A DNA stretch of 64,000 nt, taken from NCBI RefSeq assembly GCF_009914755.1, contig NC_060947.1; one strand, written 5' to 3'. Below the pieces are notes generated by a model that ran no database searches, was not told the origin of the DNA, and saw only the letters and a list, made by a program, of their open reading frames with translations. The DNA is from the human T2T-CHM13v2.0 reference genome, Homo sapiens. Shown one piece after another: positions 13,673 through 31,824 of the stretch; position 1 is the first letter of the stretch, and the number at the start of each line of letters is the position of its first letter. Position numbers and translations under genes: made by a program.

Positions 13673-14443
13673 TGAAACCTGAGAGTTCCCTGACGCCCCC
13701 TCACAGGATGTGCAACAGGGGTGTGTTTGATCTGTTTGACCGCCACACACTGAAACCTCTTATGGGAGGCAGAACTTGCAGACGGGCAGGTGCAGCAGCT
13801 AGTGTGAGTGTTTTTGAGCTCTGGGCCCCACGGTAGCATCTAGGGATGGGTGCCTGCGACCCCCGAAGCCCTAGTGGGCGTTTTACGGTGCTCTTTTAGC
13901 TCTGCCATCCGCACGTGGCTTAAGTGTTAGCCAGCTCAGTGCCGTCTTGGTACCCGGGTTCTTGTCCAGCATCCAGGAAGAATCAGGTCACACGAACCAG
14001 CTGAAGGATGGTAAATGCAGAAGAGTTTGTTGCCAGATGGAGATGACTCTTAGCGGGATGGTTGGGGAGTTGGAAAGGGGATGGAGTGGGCAGATGATCT
14101 TCCCCTGGAGTTTGGTTGTCCTGCGGCTAATCTCTTCTCCAACCATCCCCAGCTGAACACCTCTCAGTGTTCAGATGTTCCTTCTCTTCTCTCCTTCTCT
14201 GCTGTGCTGCTCTTTGGTTCCTCACCTTTTCTGCTCATCTGTCTGTCTGCACATGGGGTCTGGGGTTTGGGGTTATATGGGTACAGGACAGGCAGGCATG
14301 GTGGGTCAAAAGGCAACATTTGGGCACAAAAATAGGAATGCCTGTTTCCATTTAGGACTACAGGTTTCCAGGCTTGAGGGCGGGGCCTTTGCTGGGGAAC
14401 TGCCCTCTTGTATCTAGTATCTTCAGGCCTCCTGTCCGTATCA
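13673..14443 (-). mobile_element. ERV1 solo LTR (LTR27/LTR28/MER52-like)
   Basis: TG...CA ends, and the minus strand starts TGATACGGACAGGAGG. Subfamily is uncertain. Confidence 0.65.
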
Positions 14444-15579
14444 ACATGACTTAAAATGTGTGTGCATTTGTATAGAGCTGTGTTTCTATGTAAAGACTAA
14501 AAAAGACTTATGAAAAAGATCACTCAGAGCTCTGAACAGTAGCAAATCATATTTCTGAGTACTTCCTGTTGAGTAAAGGTAAGTGAGGATTGTGCCAAGT
14601 ATTTTTCATTACTTGCTGCATTAGGTTGTCACAGGCTGTTTAGTTTACTTCTAAAAATTGGGATATGGGGAAGTTGTGGGCCGGGCACAGTGGCTCATGT
14701 TTGTAATCCCAGCAGTTTGGGAGGCCGAGTTGGGCAGATCACTTGAGGTCAGGAGTTTGAGACCAGCCTGGCCAACATGGCAGAACGCTGTTTCTACTAA
14801 AAATACAAAAATTAGCCAGGCATGGTGGGGGGTGTCTGTAATCCCAGCTATTCAGGAGGCTGAGACAGGAGAATCGCTTGAACCCAGGAGGCGGAGGTTG
14901 CAATCAGCTGAGATCATACCACTGCACTCCAGCCTGGGTGACAGAGTAAGACTCCATCTCAAAAAAAAAAAAAAAAAAAAAAAAAGGAAAAAAAAGTTAT
15001 GATGATCGCCTAAGGTGAGAAGCCATACCACGCCAGCGTACAGAACCCCAAACCACGCCAGCCTCATCCTACGTCTCAGTTATATTTTTCTTGACTTGCT
15101 TCCATTCCGGTGCCCCCTCTCTCCCTGCCCCCTCCTTCCCTGCAAAGGATCTAGCAAATTTGTAGGTGTGGAAAGGGAACCACAAATGGGTCATTTCCCT
15201 GCCATTGTCACCTGGAGCGTGTAGCCATTTCGTGCAGTGATTCTCTGTCTTTGATGTGCAGGTCATCACCTTGAAGGGAGGAGGTATTAAAAGCGCCACC
15301 CAGTCCCCACCCACTGAGGTCTTTATTCAGCAGGTGTGGGTCAGGCATTTGGGAGCTGGGAGACCTGCATTTTAAGAAGCACCCCAGGTGATGCCCAAGC
15401 GGAGCTATGTGCTTCTTTTAAGAGATGATGACTCCGTGTGCAACCGTGTGGTTACCTTTGCGTGGAGTCTCATGGATCACTGCCACAGTGGGGAGGCAGC
15501 TCTGTGCTCTCCAATTCGGTGATGTGTCATTCACTCTATGCAGGCCCAAGGTGACACCCCCAGATACAGGTGCTGCCAT

Positions 15580-16297
15580 CCAGCCATTCTCAACCAGGGA
15601 TCATGTTTATCCACAGGGACACTTGTCGATATCTTGAGGCTTTGCGTTGCCACACTGATAGCAGGGATGCTGCTGGCATCTAGTGGGTGGAGCCCAGGGA
15701 TGCTGGTCAACACCCTGCAGTGCACAGGACGCCCCACAGAAAAGAATGATCCAACCTCATATGTCAGTAGGACTGAGGCTGAGGAATCTTGCCTTAGCAT
15801 GAGAGATCCTGTCTGTCTGTCTGCCTATCTCTAGATCTATCTATCGTCTACCATTATCCATCGACCTATCTGTCTCTATTATATACACCTATCATCTACC
15901 TAATCTATCTGTCAATGATTTTCTGTCATCTATTATCTATCTATTTATCTATCTATCTTTCTACCTACTTCTCTATCCAACTCTCATCTCTATTACCTAT
16001 CTATGTATCTATGTATCTATCTATGTATCTATCCATCCATCTATCAATCTATCTATTTATCTAGCAGTCCATCATCTATCTATGACATTCTTCTGCTACC
16101 CTGGGATAACTGTGTTCCTCAAGTAACACTTGGCAATGTCTGGAAACAATTTTGGTAGTTGCACTGGGATGGGTGTTCTCGCATTCGGTGGGTGGAGACA
16201 AGGCATGTTGTTCAACACCTTACAGTGCACAGGACAGCACCCATGACAGAGAGTTACGCAGCCCCAAGTGTCATTAGTGCTGTAGTGGAGAACCTGC
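15580..16297 (+). mobile_element. Two direct MER20 (hAT) copies (about 15580-15793 and 16095-16297) separated by a (TCTA/TCCA)n tract
   Basis: Both copies carry GCAT.(T/C).GTGGGTGGAG...CAACACC...CAGTGCACAGGAC. The GATA-type tetranucleotide repeat lies at 15810-16085. Confidence 0.8.
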
Positions 16298-16854
16298 TGT
16301 TAGTTATAACTTCTAACCCTGCGAAAGGGGACAGGTTGGAAATGTCATGCTCCTGTACGCTGTAGGAGGTATAGTTGTCTGGAGGTATAGTTGTCTGGAG
16401 GTATAGTTGTCCTGTACAGTATAGGAGGTACGGTATAGTTGTCTGGGCATTTCTAAATGGATCTTACTGTCAGAATGCACTTGTAGGATCTTTTCCCCAT
16501 AGGGCATAGAGCCATGGCACATATAACCCAGAAGCTGAGCATTCCATAGTTTCCTTCTTGGAGTAGGAAGGGGCTGTGCAGAAAAAGTCTATGGCTGTTT
16601 GGCACCTGAGTGTGAAGACATCTGGCAAATATTGGAGCCAATTAGCAGACAAGCACGGAGTCCAAGAAATGTCTCCCCTTTCTTGGATAACAACTGACCC
16701 TTCCTGTGAGGGCCCCCCTCATTCCAGCCATTTTCCTCTTTCTCATTGGCACACAGGGGGTAGAAAAGTGGGGTTCTGCCTGCAGGTGGGGCTCTGCCAG
16801 ACACGGCAAAGCTCCTGGGGATTCCCCCGATGGATCAGGGGCCAGAGGCACCTA

Positions 16855-17180
<326 letters not shown>

Positions 17181-17334
17181 TTAAGGAAGAGTATTATTGA
17201 GAGCGTAGGCCAGGCGCGTGATGTTGCTGAGATGAAACTGTCTCTCTAGATTCCCAAACCCTGGTTATCTCCACTGAACCAGGCTGTCCAATGGCATCCC
17301 CATTGTAATTGACCATGTTCCATGGTTTAAATCT

Positions 17335-18930
<1,596 letters not shown>

Positions 18931-19769
18931 TCTGTCCTGCAAAGTGAGATCCATGGATCTGCAGCCTTGACATCCCCTGGGAGCTGATGAGAAACACTGT
19001 GTCTTGGGCCCAGACAGACCTGCTGAAGCATAGTCTGTGTGTCACCCATGTCCTGAGGGATCCGTGTGCATGCCACTCTGGGAAGACGGGTTTATAACAC
19101 ACCGTCAACCAGTGCCTCATTGCATGGTCTGCGGTATTTTCCTCGAGTTTTCCTTGCACCAAAGATGTCTTGCTTTTTGTGATGAATGATCATTCCTTCC
19201 TCTTCGACGACAAAATACTTCGATCTCTGCAGACACCGTCTGTTGGGTTACAGACAGACACTGAGGCCTGAATTCTCATTACCAATGTCTGCTCTAATAG
19301 AGCTTCAATCTGCAACTGCATAATATGGTCACTGGGAAGTCAAGAACGGGGCCAGTTGGTTGACCTTCTGGGGAGAGGCTGGGCTGCTTGGATGCTGAGA
19401 CCGTGGAGGGTTCATGGGTTCCGAGGAGCAGATCATGCACCAGGGCGGCCTGCTCAGCTCTGGTGTCTGCAGCCCCGGTGAGCTTGAGCATTAGGGAGTC
19501 CCTGGATATTCATGTTGAGGTGTGGAGGAGGAGACTCCAGCTGTGTTTGATTTCCTGTCCTGCTGGAAATATAAACTTCTTAACCAATTAGAGAACAGAA
19601 TGGATTTCATCTTATCCATGGGGCTAAAGTAGAATTCAGCCCTTGGCAAACAAGCCCCCCGGGAATAAGATTCCCCATTGGGGCAGCAGCCTTCCTTGTC
19701 ACTTTCTGTTGCAACCTGCGGTCCTAACCTAGTCATATGATTTAATTTTTTTTACTCTGTGAATCATGC

Positions 19770-21444
<1,675 letters not shown>

Positions 21445-22370
21445 AGAACCATTATCATATGCTTTCTATATATACACATAGGTATTTTTTAATTGCTGAA
21501 CTGGAGTCAAAGAGAAACCTTAGGATTTGCCTGAAGGAAGTCAAGATTTGTCCTTCTCGGGGTCCCTGTGCCAGCTTTGTAAAACCTCGGAACTTTCCCC
21601 TCTGTGGGCTTCCTCAAGCTGAGGAGGGCTCTATGGGCTTAGTACCCACTAAGTGGCTTCATCTGCAGCAGCTGACCCAAGAAAGTTGATTTAAATGAAC
21701 CCACACTTCAGAGGAAACCAGTACAATCCGATGTAAAGAAATAAAAAATAGGCCGGGGGCGGTGGCTCATGCCTGTAATTACAGCACTTTGGGAGGCCGA
21801 GGCGGGTGAATCACTTCATGCCAGGAGTTCAAGACCATCCTGGCCAACATGGTGAAACCCCGTCATTACTAAAAACACAAAAATTACCTGGGCGTAGTGG
21901 CATGCACCTGTAGTCCCAGCTACTCAGGAGACTGAGGCACTAGAAGCGCTCGAACCAGGGAGGCAGGGGTTGTAGTGAGCCGAGAGTGCGCCATTGCACT
22001 GCAGCCTGGGCAACATAGTGAGATTCTTTATCCAAAAAAAAAAAAAAAAAAAAAAAAAAGGCTAGGCACGGCGGCTCATGCCTGTAATCTCCGCACTTTG
22101 GGAGGCCAAGGTGGGTGGATCACGAGGTCAGGAGTTTGAGACCAGGCTGGCCAACATGGTGAAACCCCATCTCTACTAAAAATAAAAAAAATTGGTTGGG
22201 CATAGTAGGGGGCGCCTGTAATCCCAGCTACTCAGGAGGCTGAGGCAGGCAGGAGAATCAATTGAACCTGGGGGGCAGAGGTTGCAGTGAACAGAGATTG
22301 CGCCATTGCACTGCAGCCTGGGCAACATAGTGAGGTTCTGTATGAGAGAAAGAGAGAAAGAGGGAGGGAG

Positions 22371-22418
22371 GGAAGGAAGGAAGGAAGGAAGGAAGGAAGG
22401 AAGGAAGGAAGGAAGGAA
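22371..22418 (+). repeat. (GGAA)12 microsatellite at an Alu tail
   Basis: Twelve consecutive GGAA units counted directly. Confidence 0.95.
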
Positions 22419-22859
22419 ACAATTGCTTGAAAGGGCTTTGTTTCACCAGGGCACGCAGATCAAAGGACATTGGATTGAATAATGAAACAGAAGAGCCTGT
22501 CTGAATTTACTAATGTGGTTGCACGTCCCGTAATGATTGCAGTTGGCTCTAATTCAGTTCCGTGGTGTATAAATTCTGCTGGCAATAGCTGTAATTGGGG
22601 TCAGGGATTTAGATAGTCTCTGTGTGTTCCTTTTCATTTTCTGCTCAGAGCCTGCTGGGAGCTGATTTTCTTCTTTAAAGCGAGGTAAATAATTCAGTGG
22701 GGAGCAGAGGTTTTGCTGTGGGTCCATTGCTCTCCTGTGCTGCGTGGCAGCTGTGCTGGTGGCAGCTAATGTTCAGTGGGCAGTGGCCTCGACATTGCAT
22801 TATTATTCGAGCAATGGTACTGTTCTTTGCTTTGCAAAATTGCTGTTTGTTATATTGAC

Positions 22860-24115
<1,256 letters not shown>

Positions 24116-27100
24116 CGTGCAGGTCTGAATCAACATAAAGAATTTGGGTGGGAGGCAGGGGAACTCCAATAAGAAGCATCTTTGAATCCGGCAGGGGTGG
24201 AATTTGGGCCCCAGAAGGGTTTGGTGACTGCAGGCTACAGAAGAATGCTTCAAAGTGCTGTATCACATGGCTTTGCTCCGAAGGGTCCCGAGCACAGCTT
24301 TACCGGGGGCTCATGTGTAACGCTCGGCCCACCCATCCACCAACAGGAGCCACTTAATCGACATCTCCAGGATGCCAGCAACCGAGGACCGTTGTCATAG
24401 TCCCAGCACAAAATGAGGCTGCTTTCTTCTTGGGGGTTTAGGGATCCCAGACCACAAGGATTTGATTAAAAGCCGCTCAGTTCACTAACTATAAGCAAAG
24501 CAAATCAGAAATAGATCTCCTGTTCCTGCCCCGTCTTATGTTCCCAGTGGAAAATAAACCCCGTGAAAGCAATGGCGTCATGTGCAACCCGACCTTGGAG
24601 ACAGAGACCCCAGAGTTAGCGTTGTCTACCTGGGACATCTCCCAGCCCAGGGGTCTTACTCCAGACCCGTGAGGACCCCAGGCGTGGCTTTGCTGCAACT
24701 TCCCTGGAGAGGAGAGAGGACAGGGGGCCCTGCCTGGGAGATAGATTTGCTGCCTGGCATGCGGGACTGGAGACTGTCTCAGTGCCCAGGCCGTCTGATG
24801 CTGGCCGGAGTCCGCCTGGTTTATGTAACGAGGTCTGGATGTGACCAACAACGGCCTCGTGTGTGTGAGTCACGCGTGCAGCAACTTCTGGCTGTAGTGC
24901 AACCCCTGAAACCAAGCAAAGCCTAAAGCCCCCAGGCTCCACTTCCTCTGTGACCCTCCCCACCCCCAATTCCTGTCATCTCTCAGGGTCATCCGGAGCA
25001 TCTCAAAGCTGAAGGAGCCTCCGCTGCAACCTGGCCTCCTGCTGCAGGATGAGACGAGCTGTCTGCAGCCCTCCCGTGCCACCTGCCTGTTTTATGCAAC
25101 AGCATTTCAGAGAGGAGGGACTGGGAGGGGAGAGACAACACCGAGGCCTTTGGTTATTTAGGGCAACAGCAGGGAGTGGCCGGGTGCACAGATTGGAGGA
25201 GATTAAGTGGTTGCTGAGGGGATGCCTGGGATTGCTGGGATGGGCGGAGACATAACACAGTGAAAGATATTGGTCAACGGCGAACACAGATTGGAATGTA
25301 AATTCTCAGGGTGTGTGCATAGCCGGGACGCTTAACTTTGGCGTCCTGGACAGGTGTCTCGACTGGAACTGCTGGCAGCCTTGGAGGGGAGATGTTGCAC
25401 AGATCCAAGAGGCTGACACGGTTCCTGTCCCCCAGCCCAGTCTGAGCAGCTTGGACCATGATGATCAAGAGCGCTGGAGGAGGCCAGGTGCGGTGGCTCA
25501 CGCCTGTAATCCCAGCACTTTGGGAGGCCAAGGCAGGTGGGTCACTTGAGGTCAGGAGTTCGAGACCAGCCTGGCCAACATGGTGAAACCCTGTCTCTAC
25601 TGAAAATACAAAAGTTAGCTGGGCGTGATGGCATGCACCTGTAATCCCAGTTACTCAGACGGCTGAGGCACAAGAATCGTTTGAACCCAGGAGGTGGGAG
25701 TTGCAGTGGGCTGAGATTGTGCCACTGCACTCCAGCCTAGGCGACAGAGAGAGACGCCATCTAAAAACAAAACAAACAAAAAGAAAACAACAATAAAGAA
25801 AAAATAAGAAGAGAGCTGGATGGAGCAAAGATTTGCTGGGTTGTTCTTAAAGGCGAGCCTGTAGTGATCGCTGGTAACAGAGAACGTCATCTGAGAGGGA
25901 CGTGGGGGCTCCCAGAGTTTGAGAGAAACGGCCGTGTGGGATTTGACCTGTGATGGCACCGCCAGCTCCCAGCCTCCAGTCTGGGCCCAGGGGCAGCTGC
26001 TGTGTGCACCCTGGGCTCAGAGTTCCCCTTCCCTCCAAGGTTTGTGACTTTGTCCTGACTTAGGGATTCCTGTCTGGGGATGCGTCTTCTGCTCCGGAGA
26101 GGCCCTAATTGCCTCCACAAGGAGCGGCAAAGCCTGCCCGGGTGGCATCTGACTGGAGCCATGCCACAGCCTATACGAATCTATGTTGGAGCCCTTGAAC
26201 CTTCCCCCAGAGCAAGCGTCACCGAGGCAGACCGATTTTTGGGAGGGAGACAGACATCAGAGCGGGGGAGACCCAGTACCTAGGGCTCACCTGGTTCCCC
26301 CAGGCTTAGCCTCCTCCAGGGCTTAGTGTTTGAGTGAGAGATTGTCCCCCCTGGACAATTCTGTAGATTCTGACTCTGCTCCTGCCTTGCCCTGAACTTC
26401 CCAGAACCTCAGTTTCTTCCTTTGGGAAATATGCATGCTGGTCATACCAACATCCTTGGGTGGGCAGATGAGACTCTTGGGTGCCTGGCATTACTGCAAC
26501 AGAACTCAATGCATAGTAAGTGCTGACTCAATGTGCTCCTGGCTGCATCCTCTACTTCCTGATAAATTCTCTGGTGGTGTTTTCTCTACAAGGCTAGTAC
26601 TGGCAGGGGCAAGTGAGGAACAAGATCAAGGTGTGCATATATGTCAGCAAGAGGGACCCTTCACCCTCACAAATTCTGCAGTGTGTTTTTAATGATGTGT
26701 CCCAAAGATGTGAATGTTCTCTTCTCTCTGCTGCAGACACATTCATTAGATTAACTGCTTTTGGATCAGGTAGGAACCTCAGCTTGTCCACACAGGTTGC
26801 TTCCTGACCCTGTATTTGTCAGTGTAGGCTAGCTGCTATAACAAACAGCCCCCAAAGAATTAAAAGTTTATCTCTTGTTTGTGTTGCAGCCAGGTGAGGT
26901 GGCAAAGGTGTCCTATGCTCCATATAGTCTCTCAGGCATCCAGGACCCTCACATTGTTGTGCTTCACCTTCTTCTAGGGCAGCCCCTCTCAACCTAGACT
27001 CTGTGCGTGTGTGGAGGGGTGGGGGGGGCGTTGGGGGGCGGGGATATGCCTGTCCTAAGCTGTGAGTGGGACAGTCCAGGAGAGAAGTCTATGTGCTTGG

Positions 27101-27545
27101 AGAGAGGCTTCCTTCAAAGTTTCCTGGCCATGAGCAGGAATGAAGCTCTGACACAGGTTGCAACGTGAACGCAACTCAAGAGCATCATGCTCAATGAAAG
27201 AAGCCAGGCACAAAATACCACATATTGTAGAATTCTATTTATAAGAAATTTGCAGAACAGACAATTCATGGAGACAGAAAGTGGATAGTGGTTGTCAGGG
27301 GCTGGGGAGGCGGGAGGGGAACTAACTGCTGAATGGGGACAGGGGTCTTCTTTTGGGTGATGAGTATGCTCTGGGACTAGGTGGAGGTGGTGGTTGCATC
27401 TCCCATGTAGCTCATGGTCAGGTTAGTTTTAGTGCTCTGGGCGACCCTAGGCTTGCAGGAGGAGGGGAGCAGCATGAGGTGAGGAACAAGGGGGATTCTG
27501 GCCTTTCCATCATGGGGTGACTTATGCCCTGTTTGCTCCCAATAG

Positions 27546-27587
27546 GTCAAAGAGACTTTGATTTGGCAGATGCCCTTGATGACCCTG
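27546..27587 (+). CDS. XG: XG exon 2 (42 nt; GQRDFDLADALDDP-E)
   Basis: Acceptor aatag|GT and donor CCTG|gtaagt. Encodes the FDLxDAL motif typical of the CD99 family and is in frame with exon 1. Confidence 0.97.
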
Positions 27588-28009
27588 GTAAGTGCCGATA
27601 TTTCAAGGGGAGCCTTCCCTTTTCAGCTTGGATCTAACAGCATCAGCTGTATAGTTACTTTGGGGTTGGATTGGGCCAGTGTTGGGAATTTCTTGGTCTT
27701 GAGATCTCTGTTCTTTGCAGGAGATTGCAGACACCTTGAGACAAACCTTTACACACTCTCTAAAAGTCTCAGACTCATTTCTTGGTAGGTCTGTGCTTCT
27801 AAACCTGTGGTTTAGGAATATGCTAGTATTTTATTATTTTATTTTACTTTATTTTGTTGAGATGGGAGTCTCGTTCTGATGCCCAGACTGGAGTGCAGTG
27901 GTGCAATCATAGCTTACCACATAGCCTCGACTTCCTGGCTCAAGTGATCCTCCCACCTCAGCCTCCCAAGTAGCTGGAACAACAGGTGTGTGCCCCCATG
28001 CCAAGCTAA

Positions 28010-28399
<390 letters not shown>

Positions 28400-29174
28400 T
28401 GAGGACCTGGAATCTTCCCATTCTGTGTTTTCATCAGTCCAAGTTCAGCTAGAACCTTTCTGGCTGACCAGAATGCTGAAAATATGTGTCCTGGGCCCTG
28501 CAGAAAGTCCTGCTTGAGGCAGATAGTCTGATTGAGATTCAGGTGTATTCAGACCGCGGTGGGTGGGAGAAAGGGAAAGATTTGGTTTCTGATGCAGGCA
28601 CAATGGAACCAAACATTTATTTTGAAAGAAAAATAAACTTTTGTGTACACAGAGGAAGAATCCATTGGGCTTTAGCATTGGGAACAACTGGTTGACCAGT
28701 GCAGTTACATAATGGTGTTTGTTGGAGGAAGAGAGAATGATAACCAGATCTGATCCTAAAAAGCCAACAACAAGATGATAGGAACTCATCTCTCTCCCAG
28801 TTTTCTGCACACAGTGATGTTTTTGCTAATAATTATCCTAAAAGGCAGATACAAAATTGTTGTCAGTGCAACAGGAAAATGTAATGACTCACCCCAACAT
28901 GGAGATGCCATTTCTCCCATGAAGTTAGAAAAGGTGAAGGTTGAATCCTACCCTGTCAAGGCAGATTGAGGGGTGGGGGTTAGAGGCAGGTGTGTGGTTG
29001 CAACCACTTTGGAAGCATTGGGGGATTATCTCCAAAATTCAGACTGAGTGTGTTGCACCAGCGTTTGGTCTGGATAAAGAATGAGGCATATCTGCAAGAG
29101 AACCCTGTGCAATAGTGAAGGAGGGGCTGGCTGGTAGGCTCAGATACAGAACAAGACATGTTATTGATCTGAAA

Positions 29175-29740
29175 GATCACTGACATGTGACCCAGGAGTT
29201 CCACTTCTAGACAGATACCCAAGAGAATTGGGAGCAGGGACTCAAACAGTTATTTGTGTACCCATGTTTGCAGCAGCAATATTCACAATAAGCCAAAGGT
29301 GGAAACAACCCAACTGTCCATCAGGGGATGAATGAATGAACAGAATGTGGTCCCTCCAGGCAACAGAATATGATTTGGCTGTAAAAAGGAAGGGGGTTCT
29401 GATGCGTGCTACATGAGCCTTGAAACTGTGCTCAGTGAAACAAGCCAGGCACAAAAGGCCACAGGGTGTAGGATCCCATTAATATGAAATGTCCAGAATA
29501 GGCAAATTCAGAGAGACAGAAAGTGGATTAGCGATTGTTGGGCTGGAAGAGGGGACAAAAGGGAGGGACTGCTCGTGGCTATGGGGTCTCCTTTTGGGGG
29601 GATGAAACTGTTCTGGAACTAGATACAGGTGGTGATTGTACAATATTGTGAATATATGAAACACCATTGAATTGCACACTTTAAAATGTCAAATTTTATA
29701 TGTGAGTTTCACATTAATTTTTTAAAAATCACATAAATAA
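29175..29740 (+). mobile_element. L1MB-type 3' fragment
   Basis: CCCATGTTTGCAGCAGCAATATTCACAATAAGCCAAAGGTGGAAACAACCCAACTGTCCATCA...TGAATTGCACACTTTAAAATG. Confidence 0.8.
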
Positions 29741-30039
29741 ACTTATTTTCCACTCACCTGCTACTACCTTTTCATTGCTCACCTAGAAGGCTGCCAGTGC
29801 CTGCAAACACATCTTTGAATGCATCGTTTTGCTACCAAGAGCCCCCCATGAATGGGCAGGCATGTGCCTGTTCATCCACAGCCCTTCCTCATGGGAAGGA
29901 AGCCCCAGTGCAGAGGAACCACAGTCACCTGCATGGCGACTGTGGGGAATTCACTTTTCACTGTCTATACTGCCTGGGCTTTAAGAAACTCTGTGAGTGT
30001 ATCACTATTTTAAAAAATAGTTATAATTTTACATTTTAA

Positions 30040-30832
30040 AAAGGAGACAGAGAAAGGAAGGATGGGAGAGAGGGAGGGAGGGTGGGAGGAGGAAGGAAGG
30101 GAAAAGGAAGAGAAGAAAGAAAAGAAGGAAACAATGAAAGGACAGAGGAAAACAGGGAGGGAGGGAGGAAAAAGGATGGAAACAAGGAGGGAAGAAAAGG
30201 AAGAAGAGAGGGAACGATGGAGGGAAGGAAGGAAGAAGAAAGGAGAGGAGATAAGAAAAGACTGAGGGGAGGAAGGAAGAAGGAGAGGAATGAAGGAGGA
30301 AGGGAAGAAAGGAGGGGGGAAGGAAAGAAAGAAAAATGGGAGAAGAAAGGAAGAAAGAAAAAGAATAAGGGAAGGACGGAGGGAAGGAAGGAGAGAGGGA
30401 GAGGAGAAAGGTTGGAGGGGAGGAAGGAAGAAAGGAGGGTGGGGAGGAAGGAAAGAAGAAGGGGGAAAAGGAGAGAGGGAAGGAAGGAAGGAAGGAGAGA
30501 AGGAAGGAAGGAGAGAGGGAAGGAAGGAGAGAGGGAAGGAAGGAGAGAGGGAAGGAAGGAGAGAGGGAAGGAAGGAGAGAGGGAAGGAAGGAGAGAGGGA
30601 AGGAAGGAGAGAGGGAAGGAAGGAGAGAAGGAAGGAAGGAGAGAAGGAAGGAAGGAGAGAAGGAAGGAAGGAGAGAAGGAAGGAAGGAGAGAAGGAAGGA
30701 AGGAGCGAAGGAAGGAAGGAGAGAAGGAAGGAAGGAGAGAAGGAAGGAAGGAGAGAAGGAAGGAAGGAGAGAAGGAAGGAAGGAAGAAGGGAGGGCAGGA
30801 AGGGAGAGGGAGGTGGCAGGAAGGAGAAAAGG
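30040..30832. repeat. About 790-bp polypurine tract with a 16-bp (GGAAGGAAGGAGAGA[A/G]) minisatellite core
   Basis: Almost pure A/G on the + strand, with regular 16-mer periodicity from about 30470 to 30785. Confidence 0.95.
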
Positions 30833-31653
30833 TGATGAGAAACCTTCTATTAAAATACAGGACATGCGAAACCATATGCCCCGTTTGGAGGTTCAAGCTC
30901 TCCTTCTTGCAGTCTCTGCATCCCCAGTGAATGTCCGCACCACACACAAACCCGTGTTCCAGCCGCCTCCTACCAAGGCAATGCTAGGCTGTTATGTAAA
31001 CCATGCTTTCAAATACGGTGTTTCCTCTGTTTGGAAGAAGTCTGGCCATTGCACAGCCCTGAAGCTCCAATTTTCCCAGCCATGGCCGACTCCACCTCCT
31101 TTGAGCCATCTTCCTCAAACCTCCTCCTGCCCTCGTCTGCCCATCCACACTGCACACCCAGGTTCACTAAGCAGGGCAGTCACAGGCTGCACCCTGAGCA
31201 CTCCTGACCTGATATCCACATCCATGCAATACATATTTGCTGAATGAATAAATGAATGAATGAAAGAAAGTGAGATAAGCCATCATTCTGGAAGCTGCAA
31301 GTCTTTCTCCTTCTTTTCTTTTGCCTCCCCCTGCCTCACCCTCCACCGTCCGGCCCTGTGCCTGTGGTGGCTCTACGGGCAGGTGGCTCACTTACTTGTC
31401 TTGGATGTTCTCAGCTACTTTGGCCATCCTGTGGGCATCCTCACAGCCTCAAGGGTGGATTGTTTTTGAATGGATTTTAAGGGTGTTTTCTTGCCTTTTT
31501 TCTCAATTCAACATGGAATTTGTGTCTATATCATTTACTTTGTATGGCTTTGTCACTCCCTTTTCACCTTTCATCAGGGCGTTCATGGCCTTTCTTCATG
31601 CTTCCAGTGAATCTTCAATGCATATTGCATTTATTTTCTCTCTTTGTTCACAG

Positions 31654-31677
31654 AACCCACCAAGAAGCCAAACTCAG
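31654..31677 (+). CDS. XG: XG exon 3 (24-nt microexon; EPTKKPNS-D), last pseudoautosomal exon
   Basis: Polypyrimidine tract plus cacag|AA, donor TCAG|gtgagt, in frame. Confidence 0.96.
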
Positions 31678-31824
31678 GTGAGTGTCTCTTCAGCTGGGAA
31701 AAACTGAGGCAACGTCCTTGAACTGATGCTTACGGAGGGGATGGTTGAGGATGTTTTACAGAACTGTGGGGTATATGAAAGAGATGCAACAACTGTACCA
31801 GATAGCAGATATTGAAAGCAAAAT

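Noticed and set aside
27012-27043. G-quadruplex-like G-runs (also about 20458-20503)
   Set aside because: Such motifs are common in human introns, and nothing here links them to a feature.
30029-30947. Long ORFs of 180-303 aa on both strands
   Set aside because: They are translations of the stop-free polypurine repeat, with low-complexity E/G/R/K or S/P/F/L content.
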